Part shown: positions 48,111-58,078 of the stretch, in pieces | Numbering within the stretch: the first letter of the stretch is position 1 | Layout of the letters: the number at the start of each line of letters is the position of its first letter | Source: Candidatus Hadarchaeum sp. | GTDB taxonomy: Archaea; Hadarchaeota; Hadarchaeia; Hadarchaeales; Hadarchaeaceae | Length of the DNA stretch: 64,000 nucleotides | Direction: 5' to 3' | Assembly: GCF_038871235.1 (NCBI RefSeq) | Contig: NZ_JAVZIN010000001.1 | Location: forward strand, 86,508 to 150,507 | The notes under the pieces: generated by a model | The model's database searches: none | Told to the model about the DNA's origin: nothing | The model's input: only the letters and a program-made list of their open reading frames with translations | Translations under genes and position numbers: made by a program

Positions 48111-48890
48111 ATGAAAACGGAAAAAATCTTTTGGACCATTGTTGTCGCCTTTGCTGTGGTTCTGGCATTCTCCCCAATAACCATCTTATTCCTGCTCTCC
48201 CTCAACGAATCACCGGCCCTGCCGCTGAAAAACTTCCCAACCACCAAATGGTATGAGGCGCTGTTCCAATTCCCGGGTGCGGTGGACTCGATTATCAACT
48301 CCTTCATGGTCGCAGGAGTTACTACGGTGGTAGCAGTAATCTTAGGAATCTGCGGTGGCTACGCGCTGGTCAGAACCAAATTCTATGGAAAAAACTTGTT
48401 TACCGGGCTGCTCCTGTTGCCGATGGTTGTCCCCTACATCATCATGGGTATAAGCCTGCTGTCCTTCCTGCTGAGAATGGGAATGCAGCCCTCGCTGGTT
48501 ACTATCATCATCGGGCATATCTTATTGGCGATACCCTACTCCACGCTGGTGCTGACCTCTAGATTCATCGGGTTCAACATCAGCCTTGAAGAGGCAGCAA
48601 TGGACCTAGGGGCTGACCGATTAACCACCTTCAGAAAGATCACCCTGCCCTTGATTATGCCCGGAATCGTGACCGCAGCTATCTTGTCCTTCATCATCTC
48701 GTGGGAGGATGTGGCCATGGCGGTTTTGCTTGCCGGAAGTCAGCAGACAGCACCGGTCTTCATGTATACGTTGATTACCAAGTTGCCCAAATTCGTGCCA
48801 ATATTGACTGCGATGTCCGCCATCATGTTCGCCATGGCCATCCTGCTTGCCGTGATAATGAGAAAGGCGGAAAGATTCTCGGTAAGTTAG
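48111..48890 (+). CDS. Polyamine ABC permease (PotC-like)
   Basis: TTKWY, LEEAAMDLGA, LPLIMPG. Confidence 0.9.
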   Translation: MKTEKIFWTIVVAFAVVLAFSPITILFLLSLNESPALPLKNFPTTKWYEALFQFPGAVDSIINSFMVAGVTTVVAVILGICGGYALVRTKFYGKNLFTGLLLLPMVVPYIIMGISLLSFLLRMGMQPSLVTIIIGHILLAIPYSTLVLTSRFIGFNISLEEAAMDLGADRLTTFRKITLPLIMPGIVTAAILSFIISWEDVAMAVLLAGSQQTAPVFMYTLITKLPKFVPILTAMSAIMFAMAILLAVIMRKAERFSVS

Positions 48891-48937
48891 CTTAAAAAAC
48901 GTGCCCATATAAAGTCAAAAAAATAAATTCTTCTTTA

Positions 48938-48951
48938 GCCCGTTGACGGGC
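48938..48951. terminator. GC-rich inverted repeat GCCCGT-TG-ACGGGC between convergent genes, followed by a T-rich tract on the minus strand
   Basis: Seen directly. Confidence 0.4.
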
Positions 48952-48977
48952 AGCACCTTTGCCGTTGGCCTGTGATT

Positions 48978-50147
48978 CTATCCAACACCGGCAGCTGTTT
49001 TAGCCTCTGTCCACGCCTCAAAGTACCTGTCCCAGATTTCTGGATCTGGATGCTCCCAGTTATAGAAAATTCCCTTACTCAGCAACGCGTCCGGGTTGTC
49101 AAGCCCCAGCAGATGGATAATCTCTGGATCTGCAATTTCCCATGCCTTTGTGTTCGTGGATGCATAGTAATAAACGTTGGTAAGGAATTGGCCCAATCTG
49201 GGATCCAGAAACGCGTTGATGTAGTCATGCGCAAGTTCGTACGTTCCTCTTTCTTTTGCACCCTGACCCACATTCATACAGTAGGGCCAGATGAAGAGCG
49301 CTTCCCCCTGCCTATAATCGTGTCCTGGTGTGAGACCCAAGTAGACCACATCCAGCCCGTCCTCAAGGCCCATCGCGTACACTTCCGTCCACATGGTTGC
49401 GATGGCCACCTCGCCTGATTTGAGGCTCTCATAAAGCTCGTACTGATCGTCATAAATGATCTTTGCCTGACGAAATGCCTTCGTTACCGCGTCTTTCCAG
49501 GCCGCCAGTTGAGCATCACTCGGGTTCTTGAAGTCCTCTACGGAAAACAGAGCATCAAAGATGGGGCCTCCTATCTCCGAAGGTGCATCGTACATGGCTA
49601 TGCCAACTTCGGCATATCTTGGATCCCAGAGAACCGACCAGCTGTCAGGTTCCGGCAATCCTGCAGCTTGGATCAAGTCTCTTCGGTAGAGGATCGAAGT
49701 CATTCCCATGTCTGTTATCACGACATAGAGGTTGCCATCCTTCCTGCCAACTGTTTCGGTCAACTGCTTGAAGAAGGGATGCACATCTTTGTAATTGGGG
49801 ATAAGGTTCAAATCCAGCGGTTCCAGTGCGCCGAGTTCCAAGTACCTAATTAGATGCGTGCGGTAACCTCCGTAGTTGGAAACGTCAAACCGATCCCCCA
49901 CTGCTACTCTAGCCAAGGCCGATTCCTCATCAGGGAAGTTGGTAACCGATACTTTCAGACCCGGATGGGCTGCGATAAAATCATCCCAAATGCCATATTC
50001 CCCCATCGTCTGCAGATCGTACCCAGCCCATGTCCAGACTTTTAATTCACCAGCCCTCTTCGGACCCTGTGTCATTAGATAAAGTGCAGCAACGCCAACG
50101 ACGATTACTACTACCACCACTATTGCAGCCAGATATTTCTTATTCAC
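48978..50147 (-). CDS. Polyamine ABC substrate-binding protein (PotD/PotF-like)
   Basis: N-terminal TM, WTWAGY, LDLNLIPNY, PDSW..LWDP.Y. Confidence 0.85.
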   Translation of the reverse strand: MNKKYLAAIVVVVVIVVGVAALYLMTQGPKRAGELKVWTWAGYDLQTMGEYGIWDDFIAAHPGLKVSVTNFPDEESALARVAVGDRFDVSNYGGYRTHLIRYLELGALEPLDLNLIPNYKDVHPFFKQLTETVGRKDGNLYVVITDMGMTSILYRRDLIQAAGLPEPDSWSVLWDPRYAEVGIAMYDAPSEIGGPIFDALFSVEDFKNPSDAQLAAWKDAVTKAFRQAKIIYDDQYELYESLKSGEVAIATMWTEVYAMGLEDGLDVVYLGLTPGHDYRQGEALFIWPYCMNVGQGAKERGTYELAHDYINAFLDPRLGQFLTNVYYYASTNTKAWEIADPEIIHLLGLDNPDALLSKGIFYNWEHPDPEIWDRYFEAWTEAKTAAGVG

Positions 50148-50252
50148 GTTAATAACTTTCCAAACGTCATTTATAAAGCATTTTGTCCTTCCCCTTTTCT
50201 ACCGACAATTCTAGATCCAGTTAATATCCTTGAAAAACTCAAAACTTCAAAT

Positions 50253-50912
50253 TTATGTTTTGGTGACCAATTCCTTACACACGGAAACGGCTTCGATGGC
50301 ATCGGAAGCATAGGCGTTTGCCCCGATTTTCTCGGCCCAATGCTTTGATGTTGGCGCTCCGCCAATGACTACCTTAACTTCCTTAAGTAGCCCCTCTTTT
50401 TCCAGCGCCTTGATGACCTCCCCCTGATTGATCATGCTTATGGTCATCAGGGCTGAAAGGCCAACTATCTGCGGTCGATGCTTTTTGACGGCCTCAACGA
50501 ACTTTCCGATTGGCACGTCTCTACCCAAGTCAATTATTTCAAAACCTGCTGTGGAGAGCATCGCCGCAACTATGTTTTTTCCAATATCGTGAATATCGCC
50601 TTCCACCGTCCCCAAGATGACCTTACCTAACGTCTCCCTGCTCACGCCAAGCTGCCTGAGCTTTGGCTCCACGATATCCATTATCGCCTTTCTGCAACCT
50701 TCACCCGCGGCAATTAACTCGATTAGATAAAGTTCGCCGCGCTCATACTTATCTCCCATCTCTCTGAGGACGCGGGCAAAGGCATTTATGACATCCAGAG
50801 GGTTCACATTTTGATCCATCAGCTGCTTGGCGAGATTACAAATCTCCAGCTCGTCAAGTCTGTACACGACCTCTCTAATTTTTTGTTCTAATTCCGATTT
50901 ATCGCTGCTCAT
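50253..50912 (-). CDS. Methyltransferase cognate corrinoid protein (MttC-like)
   Basis: GTVEGDIHDIGKNIV, DLGRDV, GLSALMT, IGGAP. Confidence 0.92.
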   Translation of the reverse strand: MSSDKSELEQKIREVVYRLDELEICNLAKQLMDQNVNPLDVINAFARVLREMGDKYERGELYLIELIAAGEGCRKAIMDIVEPKLRQLGVSRETLGKVILGTVEGDIHDIGKNIVAAMLSTAGFEIIDLGRDVPIGKFVEAVKKHRPQIVGLSALMTISMINQGEVIKALEKEGLLKEVKVVIGGAPTSKHWAEKIGANAYASDAIEAVSVCKELVTKT

Positions 50913-50915
50913 GTG

Positions 50916-52424
50916 TTAACCCGCCGTCGCCTTGGCCAGCTCCTTATCGGCCCTTTTCAAGATTTCACCAAGTCTTTCCCTCACGCTCCGATCAAGAGGT
51001 GCCGGCACATGCGTCTTGAGAATTGTTTTAACCCTTTCCCTAGCCGCCTCCGTCGCCGATCTGCCGCCAGCCTTCAGCCAAACATCGTAAGGCCTAAAGT
51101 CGGAAATCATCGGCTCCCAAGTTTCCCGGAAGTGCGCCAAGGTGTGTTTGTCGGTAAGGTAGTGGCCATCACAGCCGACCCTCATAATCGTGTTCAAGGC
51201 AAGCGTCTCGTCGCTAATCCCCACTCCTTCCAGAAGCTTCACCATCATGGTGACAATTTCGTAGTCTATCACCATCTGCTCGAAACAAAGCGTGTTGTAG
51301 TTCTCCAAAATACCTATGTCTCCAGCACCTATGTCCGCTCCCGTAATTGCCGAGATAAATCCCCCCAACGCCTTTTCATACGCGGATTGGGCGTCTGGCA
51401 GCTTGGAAGCCGTGGTCGTTCCTCCCGAATATACAGGGAGGCCATAATATCTGCCCATCTGATTATGCCCAGCAATCACCAAAAGGGCTTCCGGAGAGGC
51501 TCCCGAATTTCCTCCTCGTCTCATGTCCTGAGTGAGGGGGAAGGAGCCGTACATCACCGGTAGCCCGGGATTTGCCAATTCCAAGATCGTTAAACAGGCC
51601 AGTATCAGCGCGTTTCCTATTAAAATTGACCCCGCCGCCGTTACCGGAGCGGTTGCCCCCAGAATGGGCATCGAAACAATACTAATCGGCACATTGTACT
51701 TAGCCAGCTCAAGAAAGGGATCGATGCCTTCTCGGGGTATGATTAGCGGGCTTACCAAACAGGTACAAGCCGACATGATGGGTCTTTTTCTGATCTCCTC
51801 TCCGCTGCCCACGATCTCCGCCATCATCTCCACAAGATATGGAATCGCCCTGTGATCATCTATTGCCCCAGCACAGTAATGCTTTTCAGTGTTGTTAAGC
51901 ACAGCATCAAACTCATGCAGTATGTGAGAGTGAAGCGGCGTGTCATGAGGCGTCAGAGGGGTAAAAATCGCGTTCATATATTCCAAAAAATCAACAATCT
52001 GCGCGGCCCTGCACAGATCCTCTTTGCAACCAGGGCGCCTCTCTCCGCTTTCAAGATCAATTACGTGAGAGGCCACCCCGTCGGTTATGTTAAAAATGTG
52101 GGCTCCGTCCACGTGCAGGTCAAGCTTGGGGTTCCTAGAATAAAGGGTAACTGATCTGGGCGCCTTTCGTAGTGCTTCTTCAACTAAATGGGCAGGGATT
52201 TTGGCAACGCGTTTATTCCGATCCACCTCTGCTCCTGATCCTTCAAGAAGATTCAGGGCCGTTTCGCTGATGACCTTAACGCCGAGATTCTGAAGCAAAG
52301 TCAGCGAAAGCGCGTGAATTCTATCGGCCTCCTCGTCATCAAAGACGCGAAGAAGCTTCAGCTTTCTTTCACCGATCTTCATGAAACCTACCGGTATCGT
52401 TCCAACCATCTCTTTAAACCGCAT
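50916..52424 (-). CDS. Trimethylamine methyltransferase (MttB) superfamily, no pyrrolysine
   Basis: IH..SL..L...GV, SPL, GATAPVT.AG, PGLPVMYG, DMR.G, PDAQSAYEK, G.L, GHYL...HT; no in-frame TAG. Confidence 0.92.
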   Translation of the reverse strand: MRFKEMVGTIPVGFMKIGERKLKLLRVFDDEEADRIHALSLTLLQNLGVKVISETALNLLEGSGAEVDRNKRVAKIPAHLVEEALRKAPRSVTLYSRNPKLDLHVDGAHIFNITDGVASHVIDLESGERRPGCKEDLCRAAQIVDFLEYMNAIFTPLTPHDTPLHSHILHEFDAVLNNTEKHYCAGAIDDHRAIPYLVEMMAEIVGSGEEIRKRPIMSACTCLVSPLIIPREGIDPFLELAKYNVPISIVSMPILGATAPVTAAGSILIGNALILACLTILELANPGLPVMYGSFPLTQDMRRGGNSGASPEALLVIAGHNQMGRYYGLPVYSGGTTTASKLPDAQSAYEKALGGFISAITGADIGAGDIGILENYNTLCFEQMVIDYEIVTMMVKLLEGVGISDETLALNTIMRVGCDGHYLTDKHTLAHFRETWEPMISDFRPYDVWLKAGGRSATEAARERVKTILKTHVPAPLDRSVRERLGEILKRADKELAKATAG

Positions 52425-52516
52425 TTTAAAATAACTTTTGTGACTGGGCTGACCTCATTTTCAAACTGACCGATTATCTCTTTATTCAAAAAGAAACAAT
52501 ATCTGGCTGGTGAAAC

Positions 52517-53806
52517 ATGAGCGCGCTAATCGTCCGTCCCTCGAAACTTTCGGGTGTAATAACCGCGCCGCCGTCGAAATCCTACACCCACCGCGCCTTC
52601 ATGATAGCGCTGCTCGCCGATGGAGAAAGCGTTATAAAAAATCCGCTCATCGGCTACGACACCATGGCCACCATTGAGGCGGTGAAGGAGATGGGTGCCG
52701 AAGTGATTCAAGAAGGCAACACCTGGAGAGTACGCGGTACTGGTGGCAACATAAAACCGCGCAAAAGATTTATCGACGCGCGCAACTCGGGAACTACCAT
52801 TAGGATGATGAGCGCCATCGCTGCCCTCTCCCCTCAACCCACTAAACTCACCGGTGACCAGTCGATCCTGCAGCGACCGATGGGCCCACTGATTGAAACG
52901 TTGGCTGAACTCGGTGCCAAGGCCAAGTGTGAGGGAAAGGATGGCAGGCCACCTGTTATCGTCGCTGGAGAACTAGAAGGAGGAGATGTCGAGATCACCG
53001 GAAGCATCAGCTCCCAGTTCATCTCGGCCATTTTGCTTGCCGCCCCATACGCGCGAGGGGATGTCAACCTCACCATAACCGGAGAGCTACGCTCGAAGCC
53101 GTACGTCGAGATTACCCTAGAATTGCTTGAGATGGCGGGGGCAAAAATAACGCACGACGGCAAATTCAAGGCCTTCAAAATACCGGGCCGGCAAGTCCTG
53201 AAGCCGATTAATCTGACCATTCCTGGGGACTTCTCCTCGGCGGCCTTTCCCCTCGGGGCCGCCGCGATAACTGGCTCCACGGTGAAAGTAAACAACTTAG
53301 ATATTAAGGGGGCCCAAGGAGATAAACGCATCGTGCCGCTGCTGAAAGAGTTTGGCGCCGAGGTTAGGGTGTTCAAGGACGCCGTTGAGGTCAGCGGAGA
53401 AGGAGGGCTCAACGGCATCGAGGCCGATTGCGGTGACAATCCCGACTTGGTACCCGTCCTCGCGGTTATCGGTTCAGTCGCGGATGGAGAAACACGGCTG
53501 ACCAATATACCGCATCTGAGGTTCAAGGAAACAGACAGGCTCCGTGCGCTGGCTACAGAGCTGCGTAAACTTGGCGTGGAGACTACCGAGCTACCTGATG
53601 AGCTGAAAATAGAAGGAGCGAAATATCTTCAAGGGTCAACGTTGAGATCATACGATGACCACCGAATGGCCATGGCCTTCACCGTTGCTGGCCTAGTCGC
53701 TCGTGGTAAAACAATAGTTGAAAACGTTGATAACATCCCGGTCTCATACCCTAGCTTCATTGACGACATGCGCAAGCTGGGGGCAAAAATCGAACTAATA
53801 AAATAG
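52517..53806 (+). CDS. aroA: 3-phosphoshikimate 1-carboxyvinyltransferase (EPSP synthase)
   Basis: PPSKSYTHR, NSGTT.R, RPM, SSQFISA, PGDFSSA, RFKETDR, DHRMAM. Confidence 0.96.
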   Translation: MSALIVRPSKLSGVITAPPSKSYTHRAFMIALLADGESVIKNPLIGYDTMATIEAVKEMGAEVIQEGNTWRVRGTGGNIKPRKRFIDARNSGTTIRMMSAIAALSPQPTKLTGDQSILQRPMGPLIETLAELGAKAKCEGKDGRPPVIVAGELEGGDVEITGSISSQFISAILLAAPYARGDVNLTITGELRSKPYVEITLELLEMAGAKITHDGKFKAFKIPGRQVLKPINLTIPGDFSSAAFPLGAAAITGSTVKVNNLDIKGAQGDKRIVPLLKEFGAEVRVFKDAVEVSGEGGLNGIEADCGDNPDLVPVLAVIGSVADGETRLTNIPHLRFKETDRLRALATELRKLGVETTELPDELKIEGAKYLQGSTLRSYDDHRMAMAFTVAGLVARGKTIVENVDNIPVSYPSFIDDMRKLGAKIELIK

Positions 53807-54462
53807 GTGGGTTCTGATTTCCTCTGCCCCATTAAACAAATAGCGGTTTTGCTCATATCCGATAAAAATCGGGGAACATTGAAATGTGAAGCACGACATG
53901 TAGAAAGAGAAACGCCGAGAAAAGACCTGAAAGAAGAAACATTCTAAACCTCGTCTTGACCACCAAGTAACAATACCGACCAAAAAGTATGCCGTGTTAG
54001 CTAAAACGTAAAAGGTATCATCCCTCGAGGTCTTTTTTATCAGATGCTGTGATCGGCCACATAGGGAAGGAGAAAGAAGGGGATCATCATTATAAACAAT
54101 GGCGCAAGGGTTTTCAACAGCCCTGATACTTTATCCCTCTTGTCTAAGACCTCCAATCAAAGCCAAATGGCAAAATTGCTAAGGATACATCGAAAACTTG
54201 GTCCCAGATAGAAAAGCCGTAGGAACCTGTGGGCCACAGGGATGAAAATTGAATCCCGCCATCGCAGATAACAATCAGTCAAAAATCATGAAGAAAAATA
54301 CATCGAGATTACTGCGCAACTGACTCAATCAGCTTCGGCCGCAACCATTACCAACGAACCTTTTTTACCGTCCGTCGTTGGATAACCATCGATTATTAAT
54401 CCACCGCTCACATAAACTGAAATTTAATTTTATATCAGACAACAAGGTGTCCTTTCTAATAA

Positions 54463-55173
54463 CTATTTTATATTGAATAGTTGAAAACCTGTGAAAACTA
54501 CAAAACCGATTAAAAAACCAACTCCGTGAGCGAAGACATCTACTTCCGGCGCAACGTTCAGGAAGCTGCCGATGTCGAAGATAACCAAAAACAACAGAGA
54601 AATGACCAGCGAAACGGCAAGCACGCTGGAAAAAAATTTCAACGTGTTGGGGTCTAACCTGAAAACGCTCTGTTTTTTCTTTCTGCTCCTCAAGCGCCTG
54701 CGTTGCCCTGCAATAAATCTAGCATTAGAGGGTAGATCGTGGAGGGCGCATGAAAAAACGATGCCCAGAGAACCGTAAACAATTCCGGAGGCGCCGTATG
54801 ATGACTTGCCTAGTTTAGCCAAGAGAAAAGGATACTGCAGAAGATTGGCAGCGAATCCTGCAACGAATACCAGCAGTAGAAATCGGCTGCTCAAGCGGCG
54901 CCTTGTCTTCTCGGATTTATTCAGGTTGATTAATACGAATAAAACCGCAGCGAAAACAAACCCCACAATATTGCTGGAGATGTGATCTAAATCCACGTGA
55001 GAAAAGACCGAGGTCACGATGCCCCACGGGCGGTCGGCAGAGAGCCATAACCATCCGAGCAAATGTGGCCAGAATGAAAGCACAACGAAGACGCCGAAGT
55101 TCAATGTGAGAAAAATCACCAACGCCTCGAGGACCGGGCGGAACCCGGCAAGAAAGCGGTTGGTTTTACTCAT
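54463..55173 (-). CDS. Rhomboid family intramembrane serine protease
   Basis: PWGIVTSVFSH...HISSN, YGASG, FAHGVGFLIG. Confidence 0.85.
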   Translation of the reverse strand: MSKTNRFLAGFRPVLEALVIFLTLNFGVFVVLSFWPHLLGWLWLSADRPWGIVTSVFSHVDLDHISSNIVGFVFAAVLFVLINLNKSEKTRRRLSSRFLLLVFVAGFAANLLQYPFLLAKLGKSSYGASGIVYGSLGIVFSCALHDLPSNARFIAGQRRRLRSRKKKQSVFRLDPNTLKFFSSVLAVSLVISLLFLVIFDIGSFLNVAPEVDVFAHGVGFLIGFVVFTGFQLFNIK

Positions 55174-55289
55174 ACCATCTACCGCTATTCCTTTTGTCAA
55201 TAGGCTAAAAAAGATGCCAAGAAATCGCCGAGGTGCCGCTTGGAAAAGCAGAAAAAGCTTTGAATCTTATAAAATCAAAAAATAAAATT

Positions 55290-55410
55290 TTCTGTTGGGG
55301 GCGACATCCCAAACATTGAGGTTTTTCTAACCCTCGGGACCGCCGTCCAACTTTTGGCGTGATCCTGTTGGAACCACGACCAACATCCGGGGTTTTGGTT
55401 GCCCTAATTC
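55290..55410 (-). ncRNA. Candidate structured 3'-UTR or small RNA with four consecutive hairpins
   Basis: TGTTGG/CCAACA, GGATCACGCC/GGCGGTCC, GAGGGTT/AAACCTC, TGTTTGGG/CCCCAACA, then a T-rich tract. Confidence 0.35.
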
Positions 55411-55418
55411 TTAACAAA

Positions 55419-55595
55419 TTACGGGCCACGCCTTGATCCCCGGCGTTTCTGGAAGCATTCCCTGCAGTAAACAGGTCTGCCCTCGGTCGGCTTGAAGGGA
55501 ACCTCGGTCTCTGCACCGCAATCGGAACAGGTTGCCTTGTGCATTTCCCTTGGCCCGAACCTTCTTGGCCCACCGTATCTTCCGCCATATGCCAT
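55419..55595 (-). CDS. CxxC-x17-CxxC zinc-ribbon protein (58 aa, below the ORF-track cutoff)
   Basis: MAYGGRYGGPRRFGPREMHKATCSDCGAETEVPFKPTEGRPVYCRECFQKRRGSRRGP; AGGAG RBS upstream. Confidence 0.92.
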   Translation of the reverse strand: MAYGGRYGGPRRFGPREMHKATCSDCGAETEVPFKPTEGRPVYCRECFQKRRGSRRGP

Positions 55596-55755
55596 TTTAC
55601 TAACTCTCCTATTTTTTCTCGGATACGTTACGGAAAAACAGTTTCAACTATTTTTCCTGCGTCTCACAAGGAGACCCCACGTATCTTGAACTTCGTTGTC
55701 TCTCCTTGCTTAAATAGGGCTCGGTCTGCCCTGAAAATTAAAAAAGAAGTCAACT

Positions 55756-56283
55756 TCAAAGGCCAAGTGTTCTTTGGACCGCTTTTACTATAGGTAACAA
55801 CAGCATCCTCGTGATAAACTTTAGTGCCCGTGACCTGCTAATCAGCTTCGCAACGGTTGGTGAAACTCTGTAATACAAGGAGATGAAACCCCTGCCCGCA
55901 CTTTCCCGCATTAGATAGTTATCCCGGAAAGACCTAAGCACGTTTATCTCGTGCGCCATTGATGTCCCGAAAGCTGCGGTGGCGATGAAGCAGCCGCCCC
56001 CACGGCGCTCAAGGTTCAGATTAAATTCCGTCTTATCCTTGGCACACTGGTAGACTAGATGGGGAACCTTTCTAGTGGTCTTACCCCTCAGAGTTCTCGC
56101 TGTCTTTTCCACCTCCTTCCTCCCTTTTATCTCCATGGGGAGCCCACACATGGGACAAAGGATCGTGGGGACAGAGATAAGCGTTCTTGGGTCCACCTCG
56201 GTGTACTTTTTCTTCCCCTTTTTCTCTTCCTTTTTAACCTCACTATCCTTGCCTTTGGCCTCCTTCTCTTGCTCCTTAGCCAT
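55756..56283 (-). CDS. CFI-box-CTERM domain protein with Lys/Glu-rich N-terminus and Cys-containing ribbon
   Basis: GGGCFIATAAFGT..LRSFRD..L....GR.FI.LYYRVSP. Confidence 0.8.
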   Translation of the reverse strand: MAKEQEKEAKGKDSEVKKEEKKGKKKYTEVDPRTLISVPTILCPMCGLPMEIKGRKEVEKTARTLRGKTTRKVPHLVYQCAKDKTEFNLNLERRGGGCFIATAAFGTSMAHEINVLRSFRDNYLMRESAGRGFISLYYRVSPTVAKLISRSRALKFITRMLLLPIVKAVQRTLGL

Positions 56284-56397
56284 TTGAATCAGTGATTTAT
56301 TGAGTCCGACCTTTTATTAAACTATTGGTCGCTGTCATCTTGCCACAAATTAAAATTCGATGAAAAGTGATTTGTTGTCTTACCTAAACTAAAAAGA

Positions 56398-57174
56398 TTA
56401 CTTCAGGTAGGACTCGATGCCCACCGTTTTGTCCAGTATAATTATGGCAATGATCGCTATGACGATGTATATCGACGCTGCCGCGGCAACGTCGGGCGTG
56501 ATGGCGGTTTTGATTCTGGTGTACATGCTTATGGGAAGCGTGGCCGACCAAATCGTTGTCAACATAAGGCTGGTCACAAACTCATTCAGACCTAAAACAA
56601 ACATAAGAAGTCCTCCTGACATTATTCCTGGCAGAAGAGCCGGAATAGTGATGTGCAAAAAGGTGTGGATTTCATTGGCACCCAAGCTCATCGAAGCGTT
56701 TTCCAGATTGGGATCCATGCGATTGACGGCGGAAGAGACCGCCCAAAGCATGAAGGGGAGATTTATTTCCATCAGGGCAAAACCGATGCCTAAAATATTC
56801 CCCACCATCCCGGCGCGCGCATATATGAACAGAAGTGAGATTCCCTGCACCACCAGTGGAACGGTGAACGGAAGTAGGAGATAAACTTGGATGGTGTTCC
56901 TTGCCTTTATTTTGTAACGGAGAAGCCCATACGAGGCCAGCATGCCGATGGGTACGGCCAGAATAGTGCAGAAAGTGGCGGCAATTAAACTGTTCTTTAA
57001 ACCTGCCTGAAACCACGGCGACGCCAGCGCAGTAAAATACCACTGAGTCGAGAACCCCTCAGGAGGAAAGCTCACCCGTGGGGCGCTAGTAAAAGAGCAG
57101 ATCAAGACAATCACCAGCGGAAGAACAAAAAACATCACCACGCCTGCCAGAAAGATCTTGGTATACCATTTCAA
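56398..57174 (-). CDS. Polyamine/opine ABC permease (PotC-like)
   Basis: FPPEGFSTQWY, LENASMSLGA. Confidence 0.88.
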   Translation of the reverse strand: MKWYTKIFLAGVVMFFVLPLVIVLICSFTSAPRVSFPPEGFSTQWYFTALASPWFQAGLKNSLIAATFCTILAVPIGMLASYGLLRYKIKARNTIQVYLLLPFTVPLVVQGISLLFIYARAGMVGNILGIGFALMEINLPFMLWAVSSAVNRMDPNLENASMSLGANEIHTFLHITIPALLPGIMSGGLLMFVLGLNEFVTSLMLTTIWSATLPISMYTRIKTAITPDVAAAASIYIVIAIIAIIILDKTVGIESYLK

Positions 57175-57178
57175 ACTC

Positions 57179-58078
57179 TCACCTACCTCTGATGAAGATG
57201 TTCCCTATTTTTCCTAACCTGAGTATTATGTAGACGATAGCTGACAACGTGATGACAAGCACGACACCCATGGCCGCACCATAGGGATAGTTTACTGCAT
57301 TGAAGATCATCATGTACATCACATTGGCTACAAAGTCAAACACGCCACCGCCCAAAAGGTCCGGGTTCGCATACTCGGTGGCACCAATAGCAAAGGTAAC
57401 TATCAGCGCACCGAGAATGCCTGGTTTCAGCTGGGGTAGTACCACGTGGAAAAAGCATTGTCTTGGTGTTGCTCCCAGATTCTGGGCCGCCATCTCAGTA
57501 TACTCGCTGACTGCAGTCACTGACGGGGCTATGAGCAGAATCGTCATCGGTAGTAACATGTGCAATAAACCCATCAAAACCGCATATGGAGTGTTAATCA
57601 AGCTTACGGGGCTGTGAAAAAGCTGTAGGGTCACTGATCCCAGCAGGCCCCTCTCTCCAAGGATTATCAACCATGCATAAGCCTTAACAATCTCACCGAT
57701 GAAAAATGGCACCAACGTCATCAACAGCAAAATTCTCTTGAGGAACAATGATTTTGTCCTCACCATAAAATAGGCATAGGGAATCCCGATGAGAAGACAC
57801 AGGATACAGGTTATCGTGGTCAAAGTAAAGGTTCTGATGAAGGAGTTTATGACTCCCTCAGTGGTGAATACCCTTACGTAATTTTCGAGAGTAAACGCCG
57901 GAACAAATATTTGGATGATATCATATTTAAAAAAACTAATTAAAGAAAAATAAAAAAGTCCAACCGCCATTATTCCTACGGCTATTATTGCCGGGAGGAT
58001 TAACAAATAACCCGTTCTTTTCTTTGCCCAAGCATACATTTTTTCCCTAAGCGAAACTGTGCCTTTCTCTTCCACCAT
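57179..58078 (-). CDS. Polyamine/opine ABC permease (PotB-like)
   Basis: TLENY, YAW..ILG..G, EMAAQNLGA, P.LLGG. Confidence 0.88.
   Translation of the reverse strand: MVEEKGTVSLREKMYAWAKKRTGYLLILPAIIAVGIMAVGLFYFSLISFFKYDIIQIFVPAFTLENYVRVFTTEGVINSFIRTFTLTTITCILCLLIGIPYAYFMVRTKSLFLKRILLLMTLVPFFIGEIVKAYAWLIILGERGLLGSVTLQLFHSPVSLINTPYAVLMGLLHMLLPMTILLIAPSVTAVSEYTEMAAQNLGATPRQCFFHVVLPQLKPGILGALIVTFAIGATEYANPDLLGGGVFDFVANVMYMMIFNAVNYPYGAAMGVVLVITLSAIVYIILRLGKIGNIFIRGR

Noticed and set aside
43226-52424. Pyrrolysine (amber) recoding in the MtmB and MttB homologs
   Set aside because: Both reading frames are open end to end with no in-frame TAG, and no pyl genes are in the window.
55205-55588. 127-aa ORF on the minus strand
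   Set aside because: It is an out-of-frame shadow of the real 58-aa CxxC-x17-CxxC gene.
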